DNA of 63,451 bases, the filler included, from Octopus bimaculoides (taxonomy: Eukaryota), in the NCBI RefSeq assembly GCF_001194135.2. It is 6 parts of 5 records of this genome, joined end to end, with 100 filler letters (N's around TTAATTAATTAA, not from the genome) between each part and the next. Parts side by side here need not be neighbours in the genome. Positions count along the whole stretch, not along the records: positions 34,943 to 47,805 come from NC_068983.1; positions 47,906 to 54,907 come from NC_068985.1; 4 more parts are not named here. One strand, written 5' to 3'. Of this stretch, positions 36,540 through 48,965 are shown piece by piece (the stretch's first letter is position 1; each line of letters starts with the position of its first letter). The translations under genes were made by a program, and so were the position numbers. The notes below the pieces were generated by a model. That model made no database searches and was not told where the DNA came from. It saw only the letters and a program-made list of their open reading frames with translations.

Positions 36540-38555
36540 TCACAAAAAAATGAAAATTGGTCTAGGGGAGATAATAAAGAAGTTCTTAAGGTCTACTATC
36601 ATGCTATGTATTTCACCACAAATAAATCTAATACTGTACAAACCTATTTAAACAAGAGACAGAAACACCTTGAATTAAGACCCTACATTTGTTGTTGGCA
36701 CTCCGTCGCTTACGGCGTCGAGGGTTCCAGTTGATCCGGAACAGCCTGCTCGTGAAATTAACGTGCAAGTGGCTGAGCACTCCACAGACACGTGTACCCT
36801 TAGCGTAGTTCTCGGGGATATTCAGCGTAACACAGTGTGACAAGACTGACCCTTTGAATTACAGGCACAACAGAAACAGGAAGTAAGTGTGAGAGAAAGT
36901 TCTGGTGAAAGAGTACAGCAGGGTTCGTCACCATCCCCTGCCGGAGCCTTGTGGAGCTTTAGGTGTTTTCGCTCAATAAACACTCACAACGCCTGGTCTG
37001 GGAATCGAAACCGCGATCCTATGACCGCGAGTCCGCTGCCCTAACCACTGGGCCATTGTGTCTCCAAGACCCTACATAGACAGTAACAAACTTGCGAACG
37101 TCAGAAGAAATATTATGAAAAAGAAATTTCTGTATTAGAGATTGACCAAATCGGTAAAGGATAAAGGAACGAAGTTGCAGCTAAAGAAGATACTACAAAG
37201 GAAATCATCATAGAGCAGCCCAGGTCTGATGAATATGCAGTAATGATAGAAATAGTTAATGTAACTGATAAGCAAAGTGAAGTACTTTCTGAAACAACCA
37301 ACCATAAACACTAAGACAGGTGAAAATCAAATAGATGACGAAAGTCACAGAGATTTTGATCCAACTGAACTAGATGATCTAAAAAATCAAATCATGATTG
37401 AATGACTGAAAATTAAGGAAACTAGTATGAATGAAGGTGACACTCTCCGAAAACTTCGCAAGGTAAAATCCGCCTTGCACTTAACGATATAATTTCAGCT
37501 AATGATGTTGATGCATCCGTGAAAATCTCAACGATCCTATGTGGTGAAAAGATTAGGAAACGACAACATTCCCACAAAAAGCCTTCTTGGCAAGAGCGTA
37601 TTCAACACCAAATTGAACTACTTAGGTCTGACATAGAATGTTTAAAAAAAACCTTAAGCTTGACAACCAACAATAATCCGAAAATTGAAAAAAATATATA
37701 TGAAAACCATACTTGACATCGATACCACCATAAAAACTATCAAGCAAAAGGTATGTGCTACCCACATAGCAAGGTGTGTAAAGCGCGTTCGATTATTCAA
37801 GTACAACATTTTCAAAAATAATCCCAAAAACGTTTACAGGAAGATAAGGAAAATATCAATTACAGTAAAATCTGTCCCATGAAAAGAAGTGCAGGAATTT
37901 TGAAATAAAATTTGAGTAGAAGAAAAAAGCACACAATAAAAAAGGCCTTGGATAGATAGAATATCTACTGACTTAGACTCATTAGAAGAGCAAATATGGG
38001 AGGATATCAAGGTAAAGTATATAAGATCTGCTGTCAGGAAAAATTTATTTACTGAGGTGACACAGCTTTAGGGTAAGTTAATATCCAGAGAGGGATTTTC
38101 CAGGGTAATTCTAAATCCCTTTTAATGTTTGTTTTATGTTTAATCTCCCTCAGTGTAATATTAAGAAAGACGAAGGTATCATTTTAGAGATAGTAAAGAA
38201 AAATTAACCATTTGTTCTACATAGATGATTTGAAATATTTTAGCAAGAATAAATAAGAGATAGATTATTTAATACAAACTATAAGATTTTTCAGCAAAGA
38301 TATAGGTATGTAATTTAGCTTAAGCAATTGTGCAGTATTAGTCATAAATAGGGACAGGTGGCCAACAGTAAAGGCATTCCATTACCAGATGAACAGAGAG
38401 TAAAATCATTGAAAGGAGACAGTTGTAAATAACCAGGAGTATTAGAATTTGATAGAGAATTACCTATAGAAATGAAAGAGACAATTTAGAACATCATAGG
38501 GGTGAGGAAGTTAATGAAGTGAAAGCTAAATGGTCTGAATCTAGTATCGTTACTT
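36540..38555 (+). mobile_element. Dong/R4 N-terminal-to-RT fragment with internal deletion, interrupted by a SINE
   Basis: NWSRGDNKEVLKVYYHAM, LRPYIDSNKLANVRRNIMKK (joined across the SINE), KPSWQERIQHQIELLRSDI, FKNNPKNVYR, NIQRGIFQGNS, INHLFYIDDLKYF (YxDD), FSKDIGM. Confidence 0.9.
36689..37065 (-). mobile_element. Full tRNA-derived SINE (A2) with 12-bp TSD
   Basis: TSD aagaccctacat at 36677-36688 and 37066-37077; head tggcccagtggttagggc (A box) and gtttcgattcc (B box). Confidence 0.95.
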
Positions 38556-39424
38556 ACATATTCTGCAGGACTAAATACAATTTTTCAGAAAGAAATGCAA
38601 TGTTTCAGAGGAAAAGCATTATATTTTCAAACATTTTTTGATTAAACTTCATGCAAAGACTACCATTTAAAGTAATTTTAAAATATGCAAACAGTCATTT
38701 TTTTCTTATAGTAATTATTTCTGGAAAATGCATATGTGAACTGTAGCCTGCCTTGCACAGACAATGATTGATTTGTTACTTTGTGTACCCCATAATAGAC
38801 AGTTGGAATCCTTGTGAGATTACAGTTAATTTCAATGTGCGGTTTCAGAATAAAAACATTATCAGTCCTCTGTTGTAATTTTACATACATTCGTTATTTT
38901 TATTTTTATATTTCTGTAAATTTTGTTTATGTTCATACAAGTAAGGTGTTATAAGAACATTATTTTAAATCAAGTTATTATTTTTACATTACATTGTTTA
39001 AATGATAGTTAAAGTTGCATCATGTAACTGTGACTACACTGTGAAATAATAAATAGCTGGTTAATGTTAATGAAAGATAAAGGTTTATGTGAATGATAAT
39101 GGAGTAAAAGCTTTTTTGCCATCAAAACATGAATTTGTTCACAGTGTGACTGATTGATTGGAAGAAAATTAAGACTTCGTAATTTTATTCTATAACAACT
39201 TTTCTGAAATTAAAGGATAAGAAAACTGAAATGATAACGCATGTATTTTCTGTTCTTTAACATTGTTTTTTTATTGGTATTTTCGTGATTTTTACAAGTA
39301 ATTGCAAGATATTCCTCGTCTGTATTATCTTACGTAATGATTGTAAAGCGCTCACCATTAAAGTACAGTTCTTTCCATTTACACTTCAGAATATGTATGA
39401 TGTTCGCATGTCACACTATTATCC

Positions 39425-39570
39425 ATGAATTATTCACTATTTCTGTGTTAGCCCTACTGTGCTGTAAGTTTAAATGAATTATTCACTATTACTGTGTTAG
39501 CCCTAGCGTGCTATAAGTTTAAATGAATTATTCAATATCACTCTGTTAGCCCTAGTGTACTCTAGGTTTC
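39425..39570 (+). repeat. 49-bp minisatellite, about 3 copies
   Basis: atgaattattcactatt(t/a)ctgtgttagcccta...gtttaa starts at 39425, 39474 and 39523. Confidence 0.9.
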
Positions 39571-40509
39571 CTGTTGTGTAAACATCGTCGTCGATGTACC
39601 TAACTAACATCTTGATTATTTACTAGTATGTGTGTAGTGTTTAAGATAACATATTTATGTTATTTTATCGTAATTAGGATATAAAAGTAATGTCAAACCT
39701 TTTTATATCTTGATGTATCTTGTAAATATGTTTATTAATGTGCAATTGCTTAAAATTCAAAGCCGAAAATATCATTTAGAATTATTTGTAGGCCATTTGA
39801 GTTTTCCATGTTAATATAATATATTTTGTCAGCTGTAATATTAACTCTAATTAAGTGTTGCTCTCAATGCATTCATGATACTGAATACAATAATTATTAA
39901 TATTACAACGATTTTGCTTCACTACATTATGCAACATCAGAAACATTAAATATAAACGAAACACATTAAGCCCATTTAACCTAAATGTAACCGGAAAGAA
40001 AACTATATTTATATTTAAATGTTTAAGAAAACGCTCAAGTTCCCAGTAAGAAACTTAATATCTACAAATGCTCGTTATAATATATTTATTTAGATGTATA
40101 TTAAAATACTATATCAGTGTGAGAAAGAATATTCTATGTATGTTATGCGTTTTAACAATATGTTACACTAGATTTTTCTGTTAGATTTTTTAAAGGTTGT
40201 AATCATAAAACAAAGCACTCTTATGAACGAATACCATGCCTATGAGAAACAAAACTGCTTAGAAAGTGAAATTAATATCCTGACCAATGCCTAGCTGGCC
40301 TTTTCGAAATCACTACTGCATATACACGTCGGGTTTCAGTAATAATGTTGCAATATATATTTGTGTGTCTATATGGGTGTGTGGTAAGAAGCTTGCTTCC
40401 CAACCACATGTTCCCACATGTCTCGATTCAGTACCACTGTGTAGCACGTTGGGCAAGTGTTTTCTGCTATAGCCAAAACCTTATGAGTGGATTTGGTAGA
40501 TATACCATA

Positions 40510-40708
40510 GGGGGGACAAACAAGGACAGACATAGGGATTAAATCGATTAGATCGACCCCAGTGCGTAACTGGTACTTAATTTATCGACCCCGAAAGGAT
40601 GAAAGGCAAAGTCGACCTCGGCGGAATTTGAACTCAGAACGTAGCGGCAGACGAAATACCACTAATCATTTCGCCCGGCGTGCTAACGTTTCTGCCAGCT
40701 TCTCGCCT
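40510..40708 (-). mobile_element. SINE family B forming the loop of the foldback
   Basis: Near-identical to 16187-16406. Confidence 0.9.
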
Positions 40709-40878
40709 TTTTTCAGTTTCAATCTACCAAATCCACTCATAAGATTTTGGCTATAGCAGAAAACACTTGCCCAACGTGTTACACAGTGGTACTGAATCGG
40801 GACCTGTGAGAACATGTGGTTGAGAAGCCAACTTCTTACCACACACCCATATACATACACATATATATATTGCAACAC

Positions 40879-41483
40879 GGATCTTTTTTTAAAACGGGGG
40901 CCACATTTTCCATTAACGAAACATTTTGAAACTTGGAACACTGGTTGAATGTGTCATATAAAACATCTTTTTCTCTTAGTCTTCTTTAAAAAAAAAGAAA
41001 TCCCTAAGTTATTCCATGTGAAAGTTGTCGTATTTCTGTAATTTCAACCAATCACTGACGTCCATTCAGCCGATATACATTAAGTGCCGACTACATAAAC
41101 AAACGATTCTGAAACAATTCTATCGGTGATAGGGTTAGGGTTAGGGTTAGGGTAAAACAGCAAATTTAAAAAGAAAAAAGCAAATAAAACGAAGAAAAAA
41201 AAAGAAAATGAAAAAGCAAATTTAAAATGAAAAAAGCAAATAAAACGAAGCTATGGCTTAATCAGCCAAAGGAGTAAATGTAAACAACTGAATACTTGTC
41301 AGTGATTGGTTGAAATTATCGAAATAAGACAATTTTTTTACATGAAATAAATTCGAATACAAAAATATTTTTCTGTTCTATAACACAAAATAGATAAGTA
41401 TACGAAGTTTGAAAGTCTTTCGGTACCAAAAACACTACGTAAAACATTAATGAAAAATGTGGCTCCCGTTTTAAAAAAAATCC
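40879..41483. mobile_element. 605-bp non-autonomous DNA transposon (MITE), Merlin-like
   Basis: About 38-bp TIRs ggat(c/t)tttttttaaaacggg(g/a)gccacatttt(c/t)cattaa; perfect 8-bp TSD tgcaacac (40871-40878, 41484-41491); GG termini. Confidence 0.85.
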
Positions 41484-41597
41484 TGCAACACTATTACTGA
41501 AACCTGACGTGTATATGCAGTAGTGATTTCGAAAAGGCCAGCTAGGCATTGGTCAGGATATTAATTTTACTTTCTAAGCAGTTATGCTTGTTACAGG

Positions 41598-41920
41598 TGA
41601 AGGCGCGTGGCTTAGTGGTTAGGCCAGTTGGCTCGTGATCATAAGGTCGTGAGTTCGATTCCCGGCGAAGCGTTGTGTCCTTGGGCAAGACACTTTATTT
41701 CACGTTGCTCCAGTTCACTCATCTGGCAAAAATGAGTGGCACCTGTATTTCAAAGGGCCAGCCTTGTCATGCTATGTCTCGCTGAGTTTCCCTGTTAACT
41801 ACGTTAGGGGTACACGTGTCTGTGGATTGCTCAGTCACTTACGAGTTAATTTCATGAACAGGCTGTTCCGTTGATCGTACCAGCTGAGACCCTCGTCGTC
41901 GTAACCGACGGAGTGCTCCT
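41598..41920 (+). mobile_element. Full tRNA-derived SINE family A with 10-bp TSD
   Basis: TSD ttgttacagg at 41588-41597 and 41921-41930; tggcttagtggttagg A box and gagttcgattcc B box. Confidence 0.93.
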
Positions 41921-42458
41921 TTGTTACAGGCATGGCATTCGTTCATTAGAGTACTTTGTTGTATGATTACAACCTTAAAAAATCTAACAGAAAAATCTAG
42001 TGTAACATATTGTTACACGTTCAGCAATGCAAATTGAAAACAAATTAAAATAAATTTTGGAAACCTTTCAATTAGTTAAAATCATTTAGTAAAATATTAT
42101 TAAATATTCTCTTTGCAGAACAGCAGAAGCAGCAGCAACATGTCAAAGAACAACAAAATAAAACAAAAAACAAAATGAAGTAATTAAATTGCATCGAAAA
42201 CAAAAAAAGAGAATGAATGCTAGCAACAGGAGCAAAGCCCTATGTAGCACTGATCTGGATGACCTCGTGATTGTCCCTAGCGACTAATCCATTTCATCTA
42301 GTGGTGCAGCACTTTATCCCTCTTTGCAATCACCACATGCGTCACTATGGTAACCCATCCAATACCCTCCTCCTCCTCATGACCTTCACCATTTTCATCA
42401 CCAACACCACCACCACCATTACCACCACTACCACCACACTCCACCTCATCACTAACAT

Positions 42459-42491
<33 letters not shown>

Positions 42492-42556
42492 ATAATAATA
42501 ATAACAATGAAAATAATAATAATAATAATAATAATAAGAAGAAGAAGAAGAAGAAG

Positions 42557-43236
42557 AAGGAATATATTCACAGACACGACAGAGCTGGGACCTATATACA
42601 CTGGAAGCTATGCCAACATTATGGAATAGCAACAGAAAAAAGATGGTATAAACACACGCCAGAAAAGGTCACAGAAAACGAGAAAGCAACCATACTCTGG
42701 GATATGCCAATACACACAGATAGAGAAATTAAGGCAAATAGACCAGATATAGTTGTCAAAGATCATGAAGGAAAAAAATGCCTTCTAATTGATGTTTCAA
42801 TACCAGCAGATGACAACGTTTCTCTAANNNNNNNNNNNNNNNNNNNNNNNNNNNNNNNNNNNNNNNNNNNNNNNNNNNNNNNNNNNNNNNNNNNNNNNNN
42901 NNNNNNNNNNNNNNNNNNNNNNNNNNNNNNNNNNNNNNNNNNNNNNNNNNNNNNNNNNNNNNNNNNNNNNNNNNNNNNNNNNNNNNNNNNNNNNNNNNNN
43001 NNNNNNNNNNNNNNNNNNNNNNNNNNNNNNNNNNNNNNNAACAAAAACACCAGGACTAAACAAATATATATAACATACAGAAAATTGCACTACTGGGTAC
43101 TGCACACATTCTACGCAAAACACTTTCAATACAGTAAACATAAGAGCACCGCAGCAAACCACAGCACATACCCAAGGCGCACAGAGCTGCGCTCGGTAGT
43201 GAAGTGAAAGCACGTTATAAAAATAAAACTACTGAA
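42557..43236 (+). mobile_element. Young 5'-truncated Dong/R4 insertion in a trinucleotide microsatellite
   Basis: Stop-free up to the gap: KEYIHRHDRAGTYIHWKLC...TILWDMPIHTDREIKANRPDIVVKD...LIDVSIPADD; after the gap IQKIALLGTAHILRKTLSIQ*, 3' UTR, then (AAT)n at 43237-43257. Confidence 0.93.
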
Positions 43237-44270
43237 TAATAATAATAATAATAATAACTAGAACGACTCATGTACTGAGAAGAGCATTATCGCTGTGAAA
43301 ACAACATCCATTCATGAATTTTTTTTTTTTTCTTAAATACATGTTTTATCTGTGAATTTGCGTGTGTAAACTGGGAATGCATACAACGAGTTTCTCTGCC
43401 TTAGGTGTACGGAAAACACTCAGCGAGAAATGGAAGACAATTTGAAGAAAGAAGAAAAAAAAAACAACATAATAATAATACTATTAACAAAAATAATTTT
43501 TCTCCGTCACTCACTATTCCAATCTAACAATCTGCTAGCTAAAATTACAACCCCATTAAATTGTGACGTCACTCTCAATGCACACTGTGACCACTCTCAC
43601 AAAACATCACCAAGCCACCAAAATCAATTAACTGTGAAATTTCCATAAAGTAATAATTGCTCCTCACACGACCCACACTAACACAATGAAATCTCCGAGT
43701 CCACTGCTATTATTTATGAGAAATTTTGAATACAACTTGACCGTATTTCACTCATCATCGTGGGAGAAGACACACAATTATAAAACATAACAATAGTCTA
43801 TACCATAACGCACACAGATTAGAACTGCTATATATTATCATACCAATAAATTCAACCTTAACGTATGTTTGGAAATAATACATTTCTGAATCTCTCAGAG
43901 AGATTTATGCAGTAGTGATACGATGAAGTAGTTGTATGCTGTCAACTTAATGTACAACTCATTCTTAATATATGATACTAATGTCCTCGTTGGCATTTTA
44001 GTACTCAATACATGATCTACAAATGTACATATACATACATTTATCTATGTAAATATCTATCTATATATCTATATATAGTATATGCATATATATGTACATG
44101 TATGTACATACCTTCATCTACATGTACATATAGATACATATCTGGGTACATGACGTTGCAAAAGAACATAGATAAAATGATAAACAAGGTACAAAAAACA
44201 CGCAAGCCACAGAGAACATATCTTTCATCAGCTGCCACCATTAAAACACTGGCGTTTCGANNNNNNNNNN

Positions 44271-44316
<46 letters not shown>

Positions 44317-44812
44317 GTCATACACACAAGCTTACCCGCTCGCTCACACACACACATATGTGCGCGAGTGTGTGTTAGTTTGTGTATGTGCGTGTGCGTG
44401 TGTAGAATTGGTTCTTTTCCCTATTCCTGACGATTATTCCCTATTCACCCAGAAAAACAAGAAATAACTAAGAAAACAGCATAAAGCAACAACCATTCTC
44501 AATTTTAACACACGTCTCCTGATAAAGACACAACAGACCAGAAATATTTTATTATTATGCAGCATTATTATATTTTGATGATATCACACGCGCTCTATTC
44601 GATTTCAAGTGAAAGAAAAATAATTTGGGAAACATAATGTAAAGTGGATATTGAGCAAAGAAACGAATGATATAAAAATCATATTATACTTGGCATAAAA
44701 TTGATGTAGTTGTTATAGGAAGCTAACAAAGATCAACATGATTGGGGCAAGCATTGACAGAAAGAGAGGAAAATAAGTCATACACGCCGTTGTTCGTACA
44801 AGCACACACACA

Positions 44813-44858
<46 letters not shown>

Positions 44859-44940
44859 GACACGCAGACACACAGACGGGAGCATATATGTTTGTATGCA
44901 TTTTTGTAGTACTGTGCTTATCTATCTATCTATCTGTCTG

Positions 44941-44977
<37 letters not shown>

Positions 44978-45172
44978 TTGTCTGTCTGTCTGTCTGACTG
45001 TCTGTCTGTCTGTCTGTCTGTCTGACTGTCTGTCTGTCTGTCTGACTGTCTGTCTGTCTGTCTGTCTGTTTGCCTGTCTGTCTATCTATCTACCTGTCGA
45101 TCTATATCTCTCCTTCTCTTTCTATCTTTATATATATATATGGAAATATATATATATATATATGTATGAATG

Positions 45173-45212
<40 letters not shown>

Positions 45213-45371
45213 TATACATACATATATACATACAAATATACCAACATACATATATACATATATATACATGTATACACATATATATGTGCATATATATATG
45301 ACTATATATGACTATATATATTTGCATGTACAGTTATATATTTGTGTATATACATATGTACATATATATAC

Positions 45372-45402
<31 letters not shown>

Positions 45403-45412
45403 TGTATGTGTG

Positions 45413-45489
<77 letters not shown>

Positions 45490-46544
45490 GTATATGGAAT
45501 TTTAAACGAATTTTATGTTAGTTAAAGCAGACTTGTACACTTATGTAAGCACATATCCACACACATGTACAGGTATATATATTTCCAGATATCTGTAATG
45601 GATATGAATTCATATGCTTGTATAACTAAACAATCACTGCTTCTTTGTCAATATCTATATCGCCCCTTTTCTTCCCTTTTTTCTCTTCTGTCACACTATC
45701 CTATACATCTCTCCCTCGCTGTACCTCTCTCTCTGGCACACTCACACGCGCACCCCCCCCCCACACATACACACATGCGAACAGAGACATGCATACACTC
45801 ACGCACACTCATAAATATATGAATATATACACACATAGATATATATATTTATATTTACACACACACACACACACACACACACTTATATATATCAGATTTG
45901 CATGTGTGTATATATCTTGTTGGAACCCTTTCAACATAGACACACAATATTTCATACACATATATACACATATATAGATATCTAAATAAACCTATTGATG
46001 AATCTATCTATGTGTCTATGTGCGTGTGTGTGTATGTGTGTGTGTATGTGTGCATGTTCATTTAGCCAATACGTTTCAGAGTGTTGTTTGGGGGCAAATA
46101 CTGCGTGTATCTCTTTGTATTTGTGAAAAGGTATGATAACATTGCATTATTTCTTTCATATATATGCCACATGTGCATTCGTATTATGCATAATACTTTT
46201 GTGGACTCTTTGGGGAATAAATGATGTTAGAGTGACTCTAAATTCCAATAAATATATTTTACAGTATGTTCTATGTCGTTATAATTTGTCGTGCGTTTTT
46301 GCCATTGTATTATAGATTCGTTCTTCGTCCATAAATTACTACTTAAAAAAGAATACTATTTAATACCGGCCTAAATTATACATCGTTGTTTGCTTCAGGA
46401 AAAGTTTACTGTGTTCTGAGAATTCGTTAGCTCAAATATTTCTTCCTAAATATCTATCGTCTGAAAATCCATTAATCAGAAAAGACAGGCACTCATATTT
46501 TTACCAATAGCAATAGAGCGAGTGTGTTAATATTTATGCATTAT

Positions 46545-47175
46545 CAGGCGGAGAACTGGCAGAATAGTTAGTATGCCGGGCGAAATGCTTAGCGGTATTT
46601 CGTCAGCCGTTACGTTCTGAGTTCAAATTCCGCCGAGGTCGACTTTGCCTTTCATCCTTTCGGGGTCGATAAATTAAGTACCAGTTACGCACTGGGGTCG
46701 ATATAATCGACTTAATCCATTTGTCTGTCCTTGTTTGTCCCCTCTGTGTGTAGCCCCTTGTGGGCAGTAAAGAAATAGGTATTTCGTCTGTCTTTACGTT
46801 TTGAGTTCAAATTCGGCCGAGGTCGACTTTGTCGTTCATCCTTTCGGTTAATTGAAATTCTCTACCAGTTACGCACCGAGGTCGACGTAATCGACTTAAC
46901 CTCTCCCAAAATTACTGGCCTTGTGAAAAAATTATAAATCAATATTTCATGTAAATGTATTTCACTTATAGTGAGATATATTAGATAACTTACACGGCAC
47001 CTTATGCTAAAACCATTTTGTAATATTGTTTTTAATAGCATTACGCAATGAGTTCAAATACCACCTAGATCAACTTTGCCTTTCATCATTTCGGGGTCTA
47101 TAAAATAAGTACCAGTTGTATACTGGTTCGATGTAATCGAAAATGTTGACCTTGAGACCGATATTTGAAACCAAT
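46545..47175 (+). mobile_element. Three tandem family B SINE copies (one full, two truncated)
   Basis: Full copy 46545-46775, directly followed by ggtatttcgtctg... at 46777; third copy from about 47045. Confidence 0.85.
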
Positions 47176-47766
47176 ATATATACACTGTAGCATTATATAT
47201 CCTTTTCAACCGGTTTTAGTAATCGACAGAACACAAGAGATTTTGGATAAACCCAATCCCGGCAGTCACCAAATAGTATTTTTTTTCTATCATACGCTAT
47301 GATTTATCCAATCAAAATCTAAAACAAAGGCAGACTTTACAATCGTGGCCAAAATTTTGGAGCATATTTTCGTATATGCGATGTGTTAACTTCTATTTAT
47401 TACAAAGTAAGCAATTTGGTCTGGAACTATATTCTTGATTTTGCCTATTTTTACTCCAAGATATTGAACTACCGAACCAGTTATTAGGTAAGGATATCTC
47501 TACGTTGTATATATTTGAATCGAATTGTACTTGGATATAATTTTAATTTACGAAACAATTTTCCAGACTTCTGTTCACGACTGTATCTCCTTAGAATGGA
47601 ACACGACCGACTAACTTCACCTTCCATGGTCACTAGGTTACATCATCTTTCTGTTCTCTTCGTCCTAATCAATTCATTATTGATTCAAATTTTCGTGGTA
47701 TTCCTCTCTTGCTGGGTTATATCTATGAATAGCGATACTCTCTCTCTCTCTCTCTCTCTCTCTATG

Positions 47767-47805
<39 letters not shown>

Positions 47806-47905
47806 NNNNNNNNNNNNNNNNNNNNNNNNNNNNNNNNNNNNNNNNNNNNTTAATTAATTAANNNNNNNNNNNNNNNNNNNNNNNNNNNNNNNNNNNNNNN
47901 NNNNN
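47806..47905. other. Artificial contig-joining spacer
   Basis: 44N-TTAATTAATTAA-44N. Confidence 0.97.
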
Positions 47906-47944
47906 AAAGAAAGAAAAAAAAACTCGTCGGGTTTCTCGCAAGTG

Positions 47945-48175
47945 TGAATGAAAGACATCGGGGTGATCATGTCTGGAATGCTTTTGACTATATGTCTACT
48001 CCGTCAGTGCTGACCTGGAGGCCAAAGAAGAAGAAGAAGAAGAAGAAGAAGAAGAAGAAGAAGAAGAAGAAGAAGAAGAACTACTACTACTACTACCAAC
48101 ACTACTACTTCTGCTACTGCTGCTACAACTACTACTGCTGTTGCTACTACTACTACAATTACTGCTGCTACTAAT
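47945..48175 (+). repeat. Family D 3' end followed by (AAG)n and (CTA/CTG)n
   Basis: ggggtgatcatgtctggaatgcttttga...gctgacctggaggccaaa then (GAA)n. Confidence 0.7.
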
Positions 48176-48244
48176 ACAAGAGAGAGTGGGAGCGAGAGAG
48201 AGAGAGACTGGGAGAAAGAGGGCGGGAGCGAGCGAGATAGATGG

Positions 48245-48331
<87 letters not shown>

Positions 48332-48369
48332 GAGAAAGAAAGATAGAGAAAGAGAGCTCATACAGCATT

Positions 48370-48965
48370 ACTCGACTTGCTAGAAATAGTAGTTATATTT
48401 CCATAAATTCATGCCCCACTGCTGTAAGAAACATTGGGACAATGTTGTCCTGAGAAAGACGAGATGGTCATGTCTGGGACGCTGTTGCTCATAGATTTAC
48501 TCATTCATTACTGCCCTGCAGTGATACTAAGCAGCAACACAACCAGTTTAAAAATAGTCCTAAAAATTTGGATGGTCTCAATACAATGCCTTTGATCATT
48601 GAGCTGCTCAGTCAGAACCTACTCGGGGTTAAATAAACAACGACAAGGAGTTTCTCCCCTGTTGCTCTCAACTTGCTGGACATAACTGTTAAATCTTCCT
48701 CGAATTACAACTTCATTATTTACTGAAAGAAGACATTGGATAATGTTGTTCTGAGGACATAATGTTTGGGAAGAAGACGGAATCTTCACTATTGGAACGC
48801 TGTTGCTCAAAAGTTGGTTTTTCAGTTTTGACCTGAGGGTAAATAACAACAACAACAACGACAACAGCGCGTTTAAAAACACCCCTAAAAAGACCCTATG
48901 GTCACATAGAATGTCTGCTCAATCGGGGTTTATTTGGGACTAAACAACATCATCACCACGAACAA
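48370..48965 (+). mobile_element. Cluster of tandem family D fragments
   Basis: Recurrent acattgg(g)a(c/t)aatgttgt(c/t)ctgag, gctgttgctca, tttaaaaa...cctaaaaa and ctaaacaacaac blocks. Confidence 0.6.

Larger units (their letters stand above)
40153..42015. repeat. Long inverted repeat (foldback) with about 350-bp arms; right arm interrupted by a MITE and a SINE
   Basis: Left arm 40153-40500 is the reverse complement of 40723-40878 + 41492-41597 + 41931-42015. Confidence 0.9.

Noticed and set aside
39425-39570. CRISPR-like array
   Set aside because: Contiguous tandem units without unique spacers, in eukaryotic DNA with no cas genes.
41130-41153. Telomere or chromosome-fusion relic
   Set aside because: Only about four units, located inside a TIR element.
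41598-41670. tRNA genes (also 20855, 37000-37065, 56230-56295)
   Set aside because: A/B boxes are present, but they continue into shared SINE bodies with TSDs and lack a complete cloverleaf.
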